Source of the DNA: an uncultured Prevotella sp.
GTDB taxonomy: Bacteria > Bacteroidota > Bacteroidia > Bacteroidales > Bacteroidaceae
Length of the DNA stretch: 64,000 nt
Assembly: GCA_900551055.1 (NCBI GenBank)
Contig: URUK01000014.1
Location: forward strand, 710 to 64,709
Reading direction: 5' to 3'
Numbering within the stretch: position 1 is the stretch's first letter; each line of letters begins with the position of its first letter. Positions 38,930-48,147 of this stretch are shown here, in pieces. Below the pieces are notes generated by a model. It searched no databases, had not been told where the DNA came from, and worked only from the letters and a program-made list of their open reading frames with translations. The position numbers and the translations under genes were made by a program.

Positions 38930-39988
38930 ATGAAAAAGGCTTTTACACTATTACTTGCAATGTGCGCAGTCTTAGGCTGCGCCGCGCAGACATTCAAAAT
39001 GTCGCAGCTAAAGGGCTGCAAGTGGGTCAGTTACGAACTTGACAGGGAAGTAAATACCATTTGGTTTACGGACTCAGCTTATTACGACGAGTCTTTTTAC
39101 ACGACATTAAACAAAACCGCAACGTCTAAAATGCCATTCTATTTGTCAAACACAATAGAAAAAGTGTTTGACGAGTCGAAAGTAGGCACTAACACTTCTG
39201 GCAAATACCTTATTGTGAAAAGTGGCAAAGCCAAGCATGGCTACAACTTGGTTGTATGTGAAATTATGGGCATAAGCTGCACTACCCTCTCCATAAAGTA
39301 CAACGTTTATTCAGCTAAACCAACAATCGGCGGCGTCAAATTCGTGCAAAACTTCACAAAAGTGCAAAGCATGGCATCAACGGCGCAAGAACAAATATTC
39401 AGCGTCAATGATGACGGCTCTATCGCCGTAAAACCTGAATTTATAGAAAGCATAGACAATTTTCCGAAAAACAACACAACGCCTTACGTACTGAAATTCA
39501 GCAAAACGGCAAATGCCATGCAGCATGCGGCGTTAAACGACAACTATATTGTCAGAGGATTGAGGTATAACGGATACACCGATGCCGACCTCGGCGACTT
39601 CAACGTAATAGAAATATCGTATGGCAAAGACACGCTTTTTACCTTGAAATATGATGACGGTTGGGAGAACATGGCTGAAGATTGGGGTGCTTACACATCA
39701 AGTTTCTGCGGTATAGAAGACTTGGGCAACAATACTTTCGCCGCGATATTCATAGGAGCAACGTTGGCTAACGAGCCTCCTTACCTGACTATAATTGCAT
39801 TGAAAGACGGCAAAGCAAGCTTGGTGTTCAACAAACGGATTGTAATAGTAAACATAAATACAGCTTCTGACGGTTCAAAAACATTCGATTTACAAGAAAA
39901 CTTTTCAGAACCAATAGACGAAAACACGTTTACAAATCCACAAAAACACACCTTAACAATAAAGGATGGCAACATTTACTTCAAATAA
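38930..39988 (+). CDS. In-frame fusion of family-B domain (B1) and family-A domain (A2)
   Basis: N-half nearly identical to 41107-41595. Junction NFTKVQ-SMASTAQEQIFS; C-half ends TIKDGNIYFK. Confidence 0.8.
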   Translation: MKKAFTLLLAMCAVLGCAAQTFKMSQLKGCKWVSYELDREVNTIWFTDSAYYDESFYTTLNKTATSKMPFYLSNTIEKVFDESKVGTNTSGKYLIVKSGKAKHGYNLVVCEIMGISCTTLSIKYNVYSAKPTIGGVKFVQNFTKVQSMASTAQEQIFSVNDDGSIAVKPEFIESIDNFPKNNTTPYVLKFSKTANAMQHAALNDNYIVRGLRYNGYTDADLGDFNVIEISYGKDTLFTLKYDDGWENMAEDWGAYTSSFCGIEDLGNNTFAAIFIGATLANEPPYLTIIALKDGKASLVFNKRIVIVNINTASDGSKTFDLQENFSEPIDENTFTNPQKHTLTIKDGNIYFK

Positions 39989-40094
39989 AGACTGCAATAC
40001 AGCAAGGCTGAAGAGGCTTTTCGTCCCCTCTTCAACATTGTTTTACCATTTTTATATATCCATATAAAAGGCACAACTACCCAAAACGACAGTC

Positions 40095-40553
40095 ATGAAA
40101 AAGACTATCATACTATTATTTGCACTGTGCACAGCTTTTAGCTGCGCTGCACAGACATTCAAAATGTCGCAGCTAAAGGGCTGCAAATGGGTTACTTATG
40201 ATCGTGAAAAAGAAACAAATACGATATGGTTTACGGACTCCACGTATTACGATGAGTCATTTTACCCGACATTAAATAAAACAACTACAATAGAATTGCC
40301 TTTCTATTTGTCTAACACAATTGAGAAAGTATTTGACGAGTCGAAAGTAGGCACTAACACTTCGGGCAAATATCTTATAATAAAAGAGGGCAACGCAAAG
40401 TATGGATACAATTTGGTTGTTTGTGAAATTATTGGTATAAGCAATACCAATCTTTCGATAAAGCACGGAATATACACGGCAAAAAAGAAAATTGGCTTTG
40501 CAAAATTCATACTGAATTTCACAAAAGTACCAATCAACTCGCAAGCTCTATAA
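40095..40553 (+). CDS. Exported family-B protein B2
   Basis: AQTFKMSQLKGCKW...FYLSNTIEKVFDESKVGTNTSGKYLI. Confidence 0.8.
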   Translation: MKKTIILLFALCTAFSCAAQTFKMSQLKGCKWVTYDREKETNTIWFTDSTYYDESFYPTLNKTTTIELPFYLSNTIEKVFDESKVGTNTSGKYLIIKEGNAKYGYNLVVCEIIGISNTNLSIKHGIYTAKKKIGFAKFILNFTKVPINSQAL

Positions 40554-41024
40554 ATGACAACAAGAACACTTACCACATTGCTCCTTGCTGTATGCACCGC
40601 CGTCTTATGCTGTTGCGGCAACAACAATGAGAAAAGATGGCAGACTGATGGGAGCAACAAGGACTGCGGCAACTCGCTGTTCTCAACCTCTCTTCTAAGC
40701 GGAACAAGCTGGACAGCCGACCTTTCGGATGATGAACGCATATATAAAATCTCATTTACAGATACAACATACATTGCGAGAACCTTTTATTCTGCCACAA
40801 AACACGACTATTTGACTACTTATTCATATTACCTTTCAAACGCCAAGCCTCGACAATTTGACTGGACAAAGGTAGGCAATGATACAAGTGGCGATGTCAT
40901 CGTTTTGTATAGCAAGACCTCAAAAGACAGGAAGATGACAGCCGACAAACTGTTATTCATATCGCCTCAAAAGCTCATCCTTTTGTTTAATGATGTTGAT
41001 ACGGTTACTTTTACACGAGAATAA
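40554..41024 (+). CDS. Divergent family-B member, predicted lipoprotein
   Basis: VLCCC-G; FTDT...YYLSN....FD..KVG..TSG. Confidence 0.7.
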   Translation: MTTRTLTTLLLAVCTAVLCCCGNNNEKRWQTDGSNKDCGNSLFSTSLLSGTSWTADLSDDERIYKISFTDTTYIARTFYSATKHDYLTTYSYYLSNAKPRQFDWTKVGNDTSGDVIVLYSKTSKDRKMTADKLLFISPQKLILLFNDVDTVTFTRE

Positions 41025-41106
41025 ACCACAGGGAAGCCCTTTGTTCCGGCTTCATGGAAAAACATATAGTTGGGAAAAAACACATCAGAAAAAGAAAACA
41101 TAACAC

Positions 41107-41595
41107 ATGAAAAAGACTATCATACTATTATTTGCAATGTGCATAGCCTTAGGCTGCGCAGCGCAGACATTCACAATGTCGCAGCTAAAGGGCTGCAAAT
41201 GGGTCAGTTACGAACTTGACAGGGAAGTAAATACTATTTGGTTTACGGACTCAGCTTATTACGACGAGTCTTTTTACACGACATTAAACAAAACCGCAAC
41301 GTCTAAAATGCCATTCTATTTGTCAAACACAATAGAAAAAGTGTTTGACGAGTCGAAAGTAGGCACTAACACTTCTGGCAAATACCTTATTGTGAAAAGT
41401 GGCAATGCCAAGCATGGCTACAACTTGGTTGTATGTGAAATTATGGGCATAAGCAGCACTACCCTTTCCATAAAGTACAACGTTTATTCAGCAAAAAGAA
41501 CTATCGGCGGCGTCAAATTCGTACAAAATTTCAAAAAAGTGGCGGACAAGGAGCAAGGTTCGTCAGCGCGAAAGCAGGAAAAACGCAAGCCGTAG
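41107..41595 (+). CDS. Exported family-B protein B3
   Basis: Body nearly identical to B1; first ten codons as in B2. Confidence 0.8.
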   Translation: MKKTIILLFAMCIALGCAAQTFTMSQLKGCKWVSYELDREVNTIWFTDSAYYDESFYTTLNKTATSKMPFYLSNTIEKVFDESKVGTNTSGKYLIVKSGNAKHGYNLVVCEIMGISSTTLSIKYNVYSAKRTIGGVKFVQNFKKVADKEQGSSARKQEKRKP

Positions 41596-41665
41596 GGCAA
41601 ATACATCGTCCGTACGGATATGCAATCATGATTGCATATCCGCCGATACGAAGGAGAGATCGATG

Positions 41666-41807
41666 AAAAACTGTTAGGCAAAACGGCACGGGCGTTACAA
41701 TCACGCACGGCGGACGGCAGGCAGGATGCAGGTTGTAAGCAAAACCGCAGGCTTATGTTTCAATTGCAACAGGTGGCCTTTCAGGCTGTAAAAGACGGTC
41801 TTTTGCA
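41666..41807 (+). repeat. ~140-bp direct repeat (second copy 43227-43369) ending in 22-bp palindromic units
   Basis: AAAAACTGT.AGGCAAAACGGCACGGGCGTTA...AAAAGACGGTCTTTTGCA in both copies. Confidence 0.9.
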
Positions 41808-41898
41808 CTGCAAAAAGCCATGTTTTACAATGCAAAACATAACATACGGCAAAACATACAAAAATAATAACATTAAAAAAACGAAAGGAACAGGACAA

Positions 41899-42651
41899 AT
41901 GAAAAAGGCATGTTCAATATTGATTGCAATGTTTTTTACCAGTATGGCATCAATGGCACAAGAGCAAGTATTCAGCATCGGAACCAATGGTGACATAGTG
42001 ACAAAAACCAAATTCATTGAAGAACTTTATTCAGGCAATTACAACAACGTAACGCCTTATGCCTTAAAGTTCAGCGAAAAGATTGATGCCGCATCACACA
42101 CCGCCATCAATAACGACTTGACAAGCGGCAACAACGGCTTAACAAACATCAGTAAAAGAGCAGCAAACAGCCCAAACGCAAACAAGACAACAACCGCAAT
42201 CCCGCTTTATACGGTGAACGGCTTGAGATACAAAGGCTGGGACAATGAGTCGGGCGACTTCAACGTAATAGAAATATCGTATGGCAAAGACACGCTTTTT
42301 ACCTTGAAATATGCTGACGGTTGGGACAACATGTCAACCGACTACGGCTCATACACGTCGAAGTTTTGCGGTATTGAGAAGCTGGGCGACAACACTTTCG
42401 CCGCAATATTCAAAGGCGTTGACATTATGAGCCAACCGCCCTACCTGACAATTGTCGTGATGAAGGACGGCAAGGCAAACCTGGTGTTCAACAAGCCGAT
42501 GATTATCAACTCGATAAAGACAAACTCCGACGGTACAAAAACGTTTGACTTACAGGAGAATACGGTTGAATGGATTGACGAAAACACGCCTGCCAACAGT
42601 CCCATTACGCATACAATGACGATAAAAGACGGCAACATTTACTTCAAGTAA
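41899..42651 (+). CDS. Exported family-A protein A3 (mosaic of A2 and A1)
   Basis: Start MKKACSILI; middle identical to A2; C-terminal ~110 aa nearly identical to A1. Confidence 0.8.
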   Translation: MKKACSILIAMFFTSMASMAQEQVFSIGTNGDIVTKTKFIEELYSGNYNNVTPYALKFSEKIDAASHTAINNDLTSGNNGLTNISKRAANSPNANKTTTAIPLYTVNGLRYKGWDNESGDFNVIEISYGKDTLFTLKYADGWDNMSTDYGSYTSKFCGIEKLGDNTFAAIFKGVDIMSQPPYLTIVVMKDGKANLVFNKPMIINSIKTNSDGTKTFDLQENTVEWIDENTPANSPITHTMTIKDGNIYFK

Positions 42652-42778
42652 AGATCACAGCAGGCAGTAATGACAAATAAACGACAAGGCGGAGGAGGCT
42701 CAACAGCATTCCTATCCGCCTTGTTTCACTTGTTTTTATTTATCCATATAAACACACTACAATTAAAAACTAAAACAC

Positions 42779-43213
42779 ATGAAAACGGCTTTTACTATCT
42801 TGATGACACTTTGCGCGGCCATCGCAAGCGCGCAGGGCGTTGACACTGAGACGCTTAAAAGCGGGCCGTGGAGGGCTACCGACATGGAATACCTCAACAA
42901 GAACGGCGGCTTTCTGCGCACGACCTATACCGACTCGCTCTGCATTACCGACATATCCCTTTACGAGGGAAGCGACACGGTGCATGTGGAGTCGTATTAC
43001 TATCTGACCGACAGCAGGCCAAAAGCGTTCGACATGGCTATGGTTGGCAAACCGGCACGGGGCAGATACATCGTAACAAACGAGCGGAGGCGCACGCTGG
43101 CAGACCCCACTTGGTTTTATAAGCTGATAGTACGAGAGGTGTTTGAGGCCGCAGAAGGCTGGTTCGTTGTGAGATGGGACGACAAGAATGTATGTACGTT
43201 TGAGAAAATGTAA
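42779..43213 (+). CDS. Divergent exported family-B member
   Basis: MKTAFTILMTLCA signal peptide; LK...W, YTDS...YYLTD....FD...VG....G.YIV. Confidence 0.7.
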   Translation: MKTAFTILMTLCAAIASAQGVDTETLKSGPWRATDMEYLNKNGGFLRTTYTDSLCITDISLYEGSDTVHVESYYYLTDSRPKAFDMAMVGKPARGRYIVTNERRRTLADPTWFYKLIVREVFEAAEGWFVVRWDDKNVCTFEKM

Positions 43214-43226
43214 GACCCTATATGGC

Positions 43227-43414
43227 AAAAACTGTAAGGCAAAACGGCACGGGCGTTAACAATCACGCACGGCTGACGGCAGGAAGGATGCAGGCTGTAA
43301 GCGAAACCGCAGGTTTGTGTTTCAATTGCAACAGGTGGCCTTTCAGGCTGTAAAAGACGGTCTTTTGCAAGCCAAAAGGCCGCCTTTTGTCGTGCAAAAG
43401 GCGGCCTTTCTCAA
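43227..43414 (+). repeat. Second copy of the 140-bp repeat with 4 x 22-bp AAAAGGCNGCCTTTT units
   Basis: Units start at 43327, 43349, 43371 and 43393. Confidence 0.88.
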
Positions 43415-43457
43415 ACAGCTCGATTATAAGGTATTTACAAGGTTGGGAGCGTTTGTG

Positions 43458-44729
43458 TCATTGCCCGGTGGCGTTCAGGTATTCACGCTTCTTTATCTGG
43501 TAGCCGGCGTATGCCTCGACGTATGCCGAGCGGCTGTTCTGGTACAGCGTCTGCGCCTCAAGCAGGTCGCTCATCGTAGCCGTTCCGGCACGGTAGTAGT
43601 CGTCGTGCAGGCGCAGGTTTTCCTCCGCCTGTCCGATTGACTCTATGGCGATGCCGATTTGCCGGTAAGCGTCGTTCATGTCGTTCCACTTGTTCTCCAT
43701 GTTTATTACCAGCAGCTGGCTGTTGTCCTGAAGGGTGTTCTCGGCGTTGCGCACGGCCATTTTCTTCCTTTTCATGTCGTGCGAGCCGCCCCACCAGCCC
43801 GACAGCGGTATGCTTATCGTGGCGAAGCCCACCCACGAACGCTGGCTCTTGTCAAGGAAATCGTTGTAGAGGTAGCCGCCGCCGATTGCCACTTGCGGCA
43901 GGTTTTCGCCCAATGACAGCTTGTATTGCAGTTTGTTGGCCTTCACGTTCTGCTCCATCAGGGCGTATTCGGCGGTGTTAGCCAGCGCAGCCGACGGCTC
44001 GGCGTATAGTGTAAGCGGCGATTCGGGCAGTCCGCCGCTCATGTCGGCCTCAACGTCTATGCTGTCGCCGGAGTGCCCGGTGTACTGTGCCAGCAGCCGC
44101 TTGGCCGTCGTCAGCGCGTTTTCAAGCGTTATGCGGCTGCTCCGTGTCTCGTTCTTGCGCAGGCTGACCTGCAGCAGGTCATTCCTGTCTGTCACTCCGG
44201 CGGCCACTGCTGCGTCGGCGTCCTTGGTGAACTTGTCAAGCTGCCGCTCTACGGCTTCAACCGTTTTCAGCTTCTCTTTCAGCATGGCTACCTGCCAGAA
44301 GTAAGTTTCGGCGGTCAGCACCACCTCGTCTTGCGACATGCGCCGTTGCAGCCGACTCGTCTGCACGCCCACTTCGGCCAGTTTGTTGGAGTTCAGTATT
44401 CGTCCGCCCGCGAACAAGGGCATCTGCGCCGAGACGCTTCCCGATATTCCATTTTTGAGCAGCCCCAGCTCCATTCCACCGCCCATGCTCATCTGTATAA
44501 GCTCGTCGTCGGCCATGAAGCCCATGCCCATGACGCTTACGGTGGGGAAATACTTTGTGAAAGCCTGCTTCTTGGCTTGCCGTGCGGCCTCAACGTCGTT
44601 GGCGGCGTTCTTCATCTTCACGTTATGTTGCAGCGCGTCGCTGACGCACTGGTCTACTGTCATCATGCGCTGCGCCGCCATTGTCGAGGCCGTAAGCAGC
44701 GCGGCAAGTGTCAATATGGTTGTTTTCAT
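43458..44729 (-). CDS. TolC-family outer membrane efflux protein
   Basis: Signal peptide; PLFAGG, G.....DLL motif twice, Y..G.....DLL.AQ. Confidence 0.92.
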   Translation of the reverse strand: MKTTILTLAALLTASTMAAQRMMTVDQCVSDALQHNVKMKNAANDVEAARQAKKQAFTKYFPTVSVMGMGFMADDELIQMSMGGGMELGLLKNGISGSVSAQMPLFAGGRILNSNKLAEVGVQTSRLQRRMSQDEVVLTAETYFWQVAMLKEKLKTVEAVERQLDKFTKDADAAVAAGVTDRNDLLQVSLRKNETRSSRITLENALTTAKRLLAQYTGHSGDSIDVEADMSGGLPESPLTLYAEPSAALANTAEYALMEQNVKANKLQYKLSLGENLPQVAIGGGYLYNDFLDKSQRSWVGFATISIPLSGWWGGSHDMKRKKMAVRNAENTLQDNSQLLVINMENKWNDMNDAYRQIGIAIESIGQAEENLRLHDDYYRAGTATMSDLLEAQTLYQNSRSAYVEAYAGYQIKKREYLNATGQ

Positions 44730-44814
44730 CGCTTTTTTTACTTAATTTTCTAAATTGAATGTCCACAAACAGCCCATAAACAGTCAAGTACGTGTTTGCC
44801 AATAAGGCATTTGT

Positions 44815-44900
44815 CTTTAACTTCTTAGCGACCGTAGGGAGCGGTAACTCCTTTAACTCCTTTAACTTCTGATGAATGGGAGCTTTGCGGACATTCATCT
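44815..44900. repeat. (CTTTAACTY)n plus hairpin element; related copy at 58704-58785
   Basis: TAACTCCTTTAACTCCTTTAACTTCT followed by GATGAATG/CATTCATC. Confidence 0.7.
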
Positions 44901-44914
44901 TTCAAGTCATGTTG

Positions 44915-47900
44915 TCATTGGTTCTCAATAGCCTCCACACGCTTGCGCCTCTCCGTTGTGCCGCGGAATATCAGCAGGTAGGCGGCCGGCAGCACGGTAA
45001 GGATGAACAGCATGGTTATCAGCGTGCCGTAACATATCACCGTACCCATGGGCATCCACAAGCCGCTTCCGCCCAAAATCATCGGTATCACGCCCATCGA
45101 CGCTGCGGCGGAGGTGAGGAATATGGGGCGCATTCGGCGCTGTGCCGAGTGGTAGATGGCCTCTTCGGCGTGCATGCCTTCCGTTGTGCGCAGCTCCTCT
45201 GCATAGTCGAACATTATTATTCCGTTGCGCACAAGGATGCCCATGAGGCTCACCACACCCAAGATACACGTTATGCTGAGGTCTACGCCCTGTATCAATA
45301 TGCCGGCGGCGGTGCCGAACAGGCAGAGCAACAAGCTCGCGAAAATGAGCGCGGCGATGCTGATTTTGCGGAAATGGAACAGCAGTATGAAGAAGATTAT
45401 CACCGCCGCGATGGCTAATCCGCCAATGATTGAGGGCATCTTTTCAACGCTTTGTTCCTCTTCTCCGCCGTAGCTGACGGTTATTCCTGCCGGAATGTTC
45501 ATCTTGTTGACGAGTTCTTTCACCTCTTTGGTAACGTCCATGGCGTTTGTTCCGCGTGTGATGTCGCTTTCAACGGTCACCGTGTACACGCCGTTGCGCC
45601 GCACAATCTGCCCGTCTTTCCATGCAGGGCGCACGTCGGCAACCTGCCTAAGCGGCACAGTAGCCAGTCCTCCGGCTGCCGGTATACGCTCGTCGGCCAC
45701 ATCGGCGTTGGTCGCCCGGTCGGCCTTTGTGCCTTTCAGTACCACGGGTATGCCGTCGTCACCCTCCCACACGGTAGCTACTTTAGTGCCGCTTCCATAC
45801 CTCATGGCCAGCGTGGACTCGACGGCAAGGTTGCTTACGCCGAGGCGCGACGCCTCGTCTTCTTTCAATACGATGTCGCCCGAGGCAAGAGGCTCGTTGC
45901 AGTCGGTGTGAACCTGCGTCAGTCCGGGTATGTTTTTCATCCCGTCGCGCAGCTTCCCAGCCTGCGCCTTCAGCGCTCCGAAGTCCTCGCCGCTGAGCCT
46001 TACCTCCACCGGATATACCGCCTCGCTGTAGCTGAGCTGCTTGAACCTTACTCGTGCGCCGGGAAAATAGTCGCCGTATTTCGGCGTGTATTCGTCCAAA
46101 AGCTCCTCGGTAGCCTCGATTCCGGTGGTGTTCACAATGAACTGTGCATAGTCCGTGCCGGCTATTTGCGGAGCGTATGCCGTGTGGAAGCGCGGCGACG
46201 CGCATCCCTTGAACGACGTTACGGACACCACGCGGCTGTCTTTGCGCAGCATGTCCGCCAAGCTGTCGGCCACTTCCGCAGTGCGTTTGACAGACGTTCC
46301 GGTAGGAGTGTATATCTCAACGGCGAACTGGTTGCGGTCGGCTGCCGGCATAAGCTTCTGCGGAACGTGTGCCATCATCACCACGCCTGCCGCTATCGAC
46401 ACCACGCCGAGGCCTACCGTGACCTTGGGATGTGCGAAACAGACGTCCAACAGCTTGTTGTACGACTTCTGGAGGAAGTCCAGGAAGGAGAACGGTTTGC
46501 TGCCGTCGGCCTTCGTCTTGCCCTCCATCGGCTTGCGGATGAACCAGAACTGCATGAACGGCACAAGCAGAGTAGCCACCAAGAGTGAAACCATCAGCAC
46601 GATGGTGACGCCCCACGGGAACATCACAATGAAGTCTTTGAACATTCCCGTAAGCGTTATGAGGAACGGGAAGAACGTCACCGTGATGGCAAGAGTGGCC
46701 GAGAAGATGGACTTGAAGAAGTGGGTTGTGCTCTGTATTGAGGCGTGCCAGCGCGATTCTCCCGTGCCCAGAAGCTCCAGGTAGTTGTCGATGATGACGA
46801 TGGAGTTGTCCACTATCATTCCGAGCGACATTATCAGCACCGCGAGAGTTACCGTGTTAAGCTCTATTCCGAACGCATTGAACAGTCCGAGCGATATGAA
46901 TATCGTTATAGGAATTGTCGATGCGGCAACGAGAGCCACCCTCATGGGCAGCAGGAGCATGACGACGATCACCACGGCGACGATTGCTATGAGCAGCTCT
47001 TCAAGGAAGTTGGCCACGCTGTCGCCAACAACCTTGCTCTGGTCGGTGATGCGGTAGATGCTGACATCTGCCGGAAGAGTCTTCTGGAAACCTGCCATCA
47101 CCTTGTCGATGTCGTCGCCCATCTTGACAATATTCTGCCCTTTCTTCATCTCTACGCTTAGAAGTATGCACTTCGTGCCGTTGTTCGTGATGTATGAATC
47201 AGGCTCGGGATACTCCCGGCGCACGTCGGCCACGTCCTTCAGGCGCACGTTGTCGCCGCCGGGCGAGGCGTAGACAATCATCTGCTGGATGTCATATACC
47301 GAGTTGAGCGACTTCTCCACGTAGAGCGGCTGCACGTAGTCGTCGGTCTTAACGCGGCCTCCGCTCGTGGTGAAGCCCTTTTGCATGAGGGTGAGCATGA
47401 GCGTCTTGTCGCTCAGGCCGTAGTGGCTCAGACGCTCGTTGTCAAGATATACGGCTATCTGCTCATGCCGCATGCCGCTCACTGTCATACGTCCCACGCT
47501 CTCGATGCGGCGCAGGCTGTCCTTGAGGCAGTCCATATAGTCGTTCAGTTCGCGGTAAGTCTTGTCCTTGCTCTCCATCGTTATGAGCAGGGCGGAGGTG
47601 TCTCCGAAGTCGTCCATCACCTTGATGGCGAGCACGTTGCCCGGCAGTTGCGCCTTGAAGTCGGCCACACCGTGCTTGAACTTGCTCCAGAACTCGTCCT
47701 TGTTGCTTACGTCGTCGTTGAGTTCCACCTGTATGTAGACTATTCCGTCGCGGCTTTTCGAGAAGGTCTTGGCCTTCTTCACCTCCTTGTAAGTGAAGAT
47801 ATAGTCCTCCAGAGGCTTTGTTACCTGCTCGGCCATCTCGTCCGACGGCACGCCGGGGGCTACCGCCACGACGATGCCCTGGCGCACGGTGAAGTCGGGA

Positions 47901-48025
47901 AACTCGTTTTTCCTCATGCCCGGCAGACTGTATATGCCGAAGGCTACGAGGCAGCTGAATATGAGGATGACTATCTGCCTGTAGTGCATCGCCAATTCAA
48001 CGAAGTTTCGTTTGTTTGCTTCCAT
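44915..48025 (-). CDS. RND efflux permease (AcrB/D/F family)
   Basis: GMIVDNSIV, GILVRNGI, R.RPI.LTS; ~1036 aa from MEANKR. Confidence 0.95.
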   Translation of the reverse strand: MEANKRNFVELAMHYRQIVILIFSCLVAFGIYSLPGMRKNEFPDFTVRQGIVVAVAPGVPSDEMAEQVTKPLEDYIFTYKEVKKAKTFSKSRDGIVYIQVELNDDVSNKDEFWSKFKHGVADFKAQLPGNVLAIKVMDDFGDTSALLITMESKDKTYRELNDYMDCLKDSLRRIESVGRMTVSGMRHEQIAVYLDNERLSHYGLSDKTLMLTLMQKGFTTSGGRVKTDDYVQPLYVEKSLNSVYDIQQMIVYASPGGDNVRLKDVADVRREYPEPDSYITNNGTKCILLSVEMKKGQNIVKMGDDIDKVMAGFQKTLPADVSIYRITDQSKVVGDSVANFLEELLIAIVAVVIVVMLLLPMRVALVAASTIPITIFISLGLFNAFGIELNTVTLAVLIMSLGMIVDNSIVIIDNYLELLGTGESRWHASIQSTTHFFKSIFSATLAITVTFFPFLITLTGMFKDFIVMFPWGVTIVLMVSLLVATLLVPFMQFWFIRKPMEGKTKADGSKPFSFLDFLQKSYNKLLDVCFAHPKVTVGLGVVSIAAGVVMMAHVPQKLMPAADRNQFAVEIYTPTGTSVKRTAEVADSLADMLRKDSRVVSVTSFKGCASPRFHTAYAPQIAGTDYAQFIVNTTGIEATEELLDEYTPKYGDYFPGARVRFKQLSYSEAVYPVEVRLSGEDFGALKAQAGKLRDGMKNIPGLTQVHTDCNEPLASGDIVLKEDEASRLGVSNLAVESTLAMRYGSGTKVATVWEGDDGIPVVLKGTKADRATNADVADERIPAAGGLATVPLRQVADVRPAWKDGQIVRRNGVYTVTVESDITRGTNAMDVTKEVKELVNKMNIPAGITVSYGGEEEQSVEKMPSIIGGLAIAAVIIFFILLFHFRKISIAALIFASLLLCLFGTAAGILIQGVDLSITCILGVVSLMGILVRNGIIMFDYAEELRTTEGMHAEEAIYHSAQRRMRPIFLTSAAASMGVIPMILGGSGLWMPMGTVICYGTLITMLFILTVLPAAYLLIFRGTTERRKRVEAIENQ

Positions 48026-48038
48026 TGTTTTGTTTTTT

Positions 48039-48143
48039 AGTTGACAAGTGACGAGATACGAGTTGACAAGGTGGTTTGACTTGCCGCTTGTCTGCACGTC
48101 CCTTGTCCCTTGTCGACTCGTCTACTTGTTACTTGTCTGCTTG
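48039..48143. repeat. 7-8-bp (CTYGTC) unit repeat in inverted arrangement
   Basis: GACAAG/GACGAG units followed by CTTGTC/CTCGTC units. Confidence 0.75.
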
Positions 48144-48147
48144 AAAA

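Noticed and set aside
38072..42651. Diversity-generating retroelement behind the near-identical paralogs
   Set aside because: No reverse transcriptase in the window, and the differences are not confined to adenines.
38803..42778. Integron attC-type cassettes
   Set aside because: No integron integrase, and the spacer hairpins lack recognisable RYYYAAC/GTTRRRY ends.
43327..43414. 22-bp palindromic repeats as a CRISPR array
   Set aside because: Units are contiguous and degenerate, without unique 30-40-bp spacers, and no cas genes are present.
43317..43640. 107-aa ORF starting MFQLQQVAFQ
   Set aside because: Translation of the 22-bp repeat running antisense into tolC.
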